The notes under the pieces: model-generated
The model's database searches: none
The model's input: only the letters and a program-made list of their open reading frames with translations
What the model was told of the DNA's origin: nothing
Origin: Toensbergia leucococca
Lineage: Eukaryota
Assembly (NCBI GenBank): GCA_022813965.1
Contig: JALDZS010000008.1
Coordinates: forward strand, 248,001-270,550
Direction of reading: 5' to 3'
Length of the DNA stretch: 22,550 nt
Shown: piece by piece, positions 21,816 through 22,550 of the stretch
Layout of the letters: every line of letters begins with the position of its first letter
How positions within the stretch are numbered: position 1 is the stretch's first letter
Made by a program: the position numbers and the translations under genes

Positions 21816-22134
21816 TGTGTTCTGAGAGGAGGTGGGCAGCTGGAAGGTGGGGGAGAGGATTTGAGAGTGAGGTGTGGTTGGAGCTTGGGAGCTCGGCTAT
21901 TTTCGCGAGCTCTGATTGGACGAGCGAGGATGCACTGTTGACGCGAGCTTGAAGACAATAGAATTGTCGTAAATTGTTCCATGTCCACCTGTTCCTGGAA
22001 GGTGGATCATACCATGACCAGATCGAGATTTCATCAATAGGTAGCCTTCATACATAGTCTCCCTCACGCTCTCTTCCCATCCATCTTCCTCCCCTTCCTA
22101 GAAACACAATCCGACGTGACCCAACAACATCACC
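21816..22134. promoter_or_regulatory. Short bidirectional promoter between NDUFA8 and the nucleoporin gene
   Basis: 319 bp between divergent ATGs, with pyrimidine-rich tracts upstream of each start and a CCAAT (minus strand, attgg near 21915). Confidence 0.55.
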
Positions 22135-22550
22135 ATGTTTGGACAACAGAGCTCGGCGTTCGGCCAAGCTGCACAAAAACCCACCTCCAGTCTCTTCGGG
22201 CCCTCCACGAGCATAGTGAACCCTTTTGCTTCGCTGACTGCGAATGCGGGCGCAGGACAGCCTCCTCTAACCGGTGGTAGTACCCAGCCGCAACAACAGG
22301 GTGGGGGATTGTTTGGAGCGCCATCACAGCCGCAGCAAGGTGGTAGTATCTTTGGAGCACCGTCGCAACAGCAGCAAGGTGGAGGTTTATTCGGATCGTC
22401 GTCGCAGCCTCAGCAAGGTGGAGGCTTATTTGGATCAACGTCGCAGCCTCAGCAAGGTGGAGGTTTATTTGGATCGACGTCGCAACAGCAGCAAGGAGGC
22501 GGTCTGTTCGGAGCTCTATCACAGCCTCAACAGGGGGGAAGTCTCTTTGG
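22135..22550 (+). CDS. GLFG-repeat nucleoporin, N-terminal part (Nup57/Nup49-like; runs off the window)
   Basis: caccATG, then MFGQQSSAFGQAAQKPTSSLFG... followed by seven ~13-aa (39-bp) units such as QPQQGGGLFGSTS. The frame is open to the end of the window. Confidence 0.88.
   Translation, partial: MFGQQSSAFGQAAQKPTSSLFGPSTSIVNPFASLTANAGAGQPPLTGGSTQPQQQGGGLFGAPSQPQQGGSIFGAPSQQQQGGGLFGSSSQPQQGGGLFGSTSQPQQGGGLFGSTSQQQQGGGLFGALSQPQQGGSLF

Noticed and set aside
20995..21988. ORF-track ORFs at 20995-21414 (+), 21552-21815 (-), 21577-21825 (+) and 21773-21988 (-)
   Set aside because: They are explained as antisense or intron read-through frames of the spliced NDUFA8 gene.
22130..22522. 130-aa minus-strand ORF with repeats
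   Set aside because: It is the antisense shadow of the GLFG nucleoporin repeat array.

Overview
Intron-rich genomic DNA from a filamentous ascomycete (Pezizomycotina-type splice signals). Conserved housekeeping genes are Rab1/Ypt1 (-), an M1-family aminopeptidase (-), a BC10/BLCAP-family membrane protein (-), an EDC4/Pdc1-like decapping scaffold (+), complex I subunit NDUFA8 (-) and the 5' end of a GLFG nucleoporin (+). A ~7.4 kb accessory block between BC10 and EDC4 holds an APH/kinase-like gene with an in-frame TAG, a small orphan gene, a disabled dynamin-like (SLIP-GC/NUGGC-like) GTPase, tandem repeats, and a second copy of the ~100 bp EDC4 leader. A ~580 bp TIR-bounded, CpG-depleted element lies downstream of EDC4. 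The top finding is the first intron of ypt1, which looks like a nested spliceosomal twin intron. A 59-nt intron sits between nt 3 and 4 of the outer donor (GTG|AGT), so two ordered splicing steps are needed to build MNPEYDY, and the one-step routes from the consensus donor give a stop at codon 5. Gene models and family assignments were made by eye from splice consensus and recalled motifs; no searches were run.
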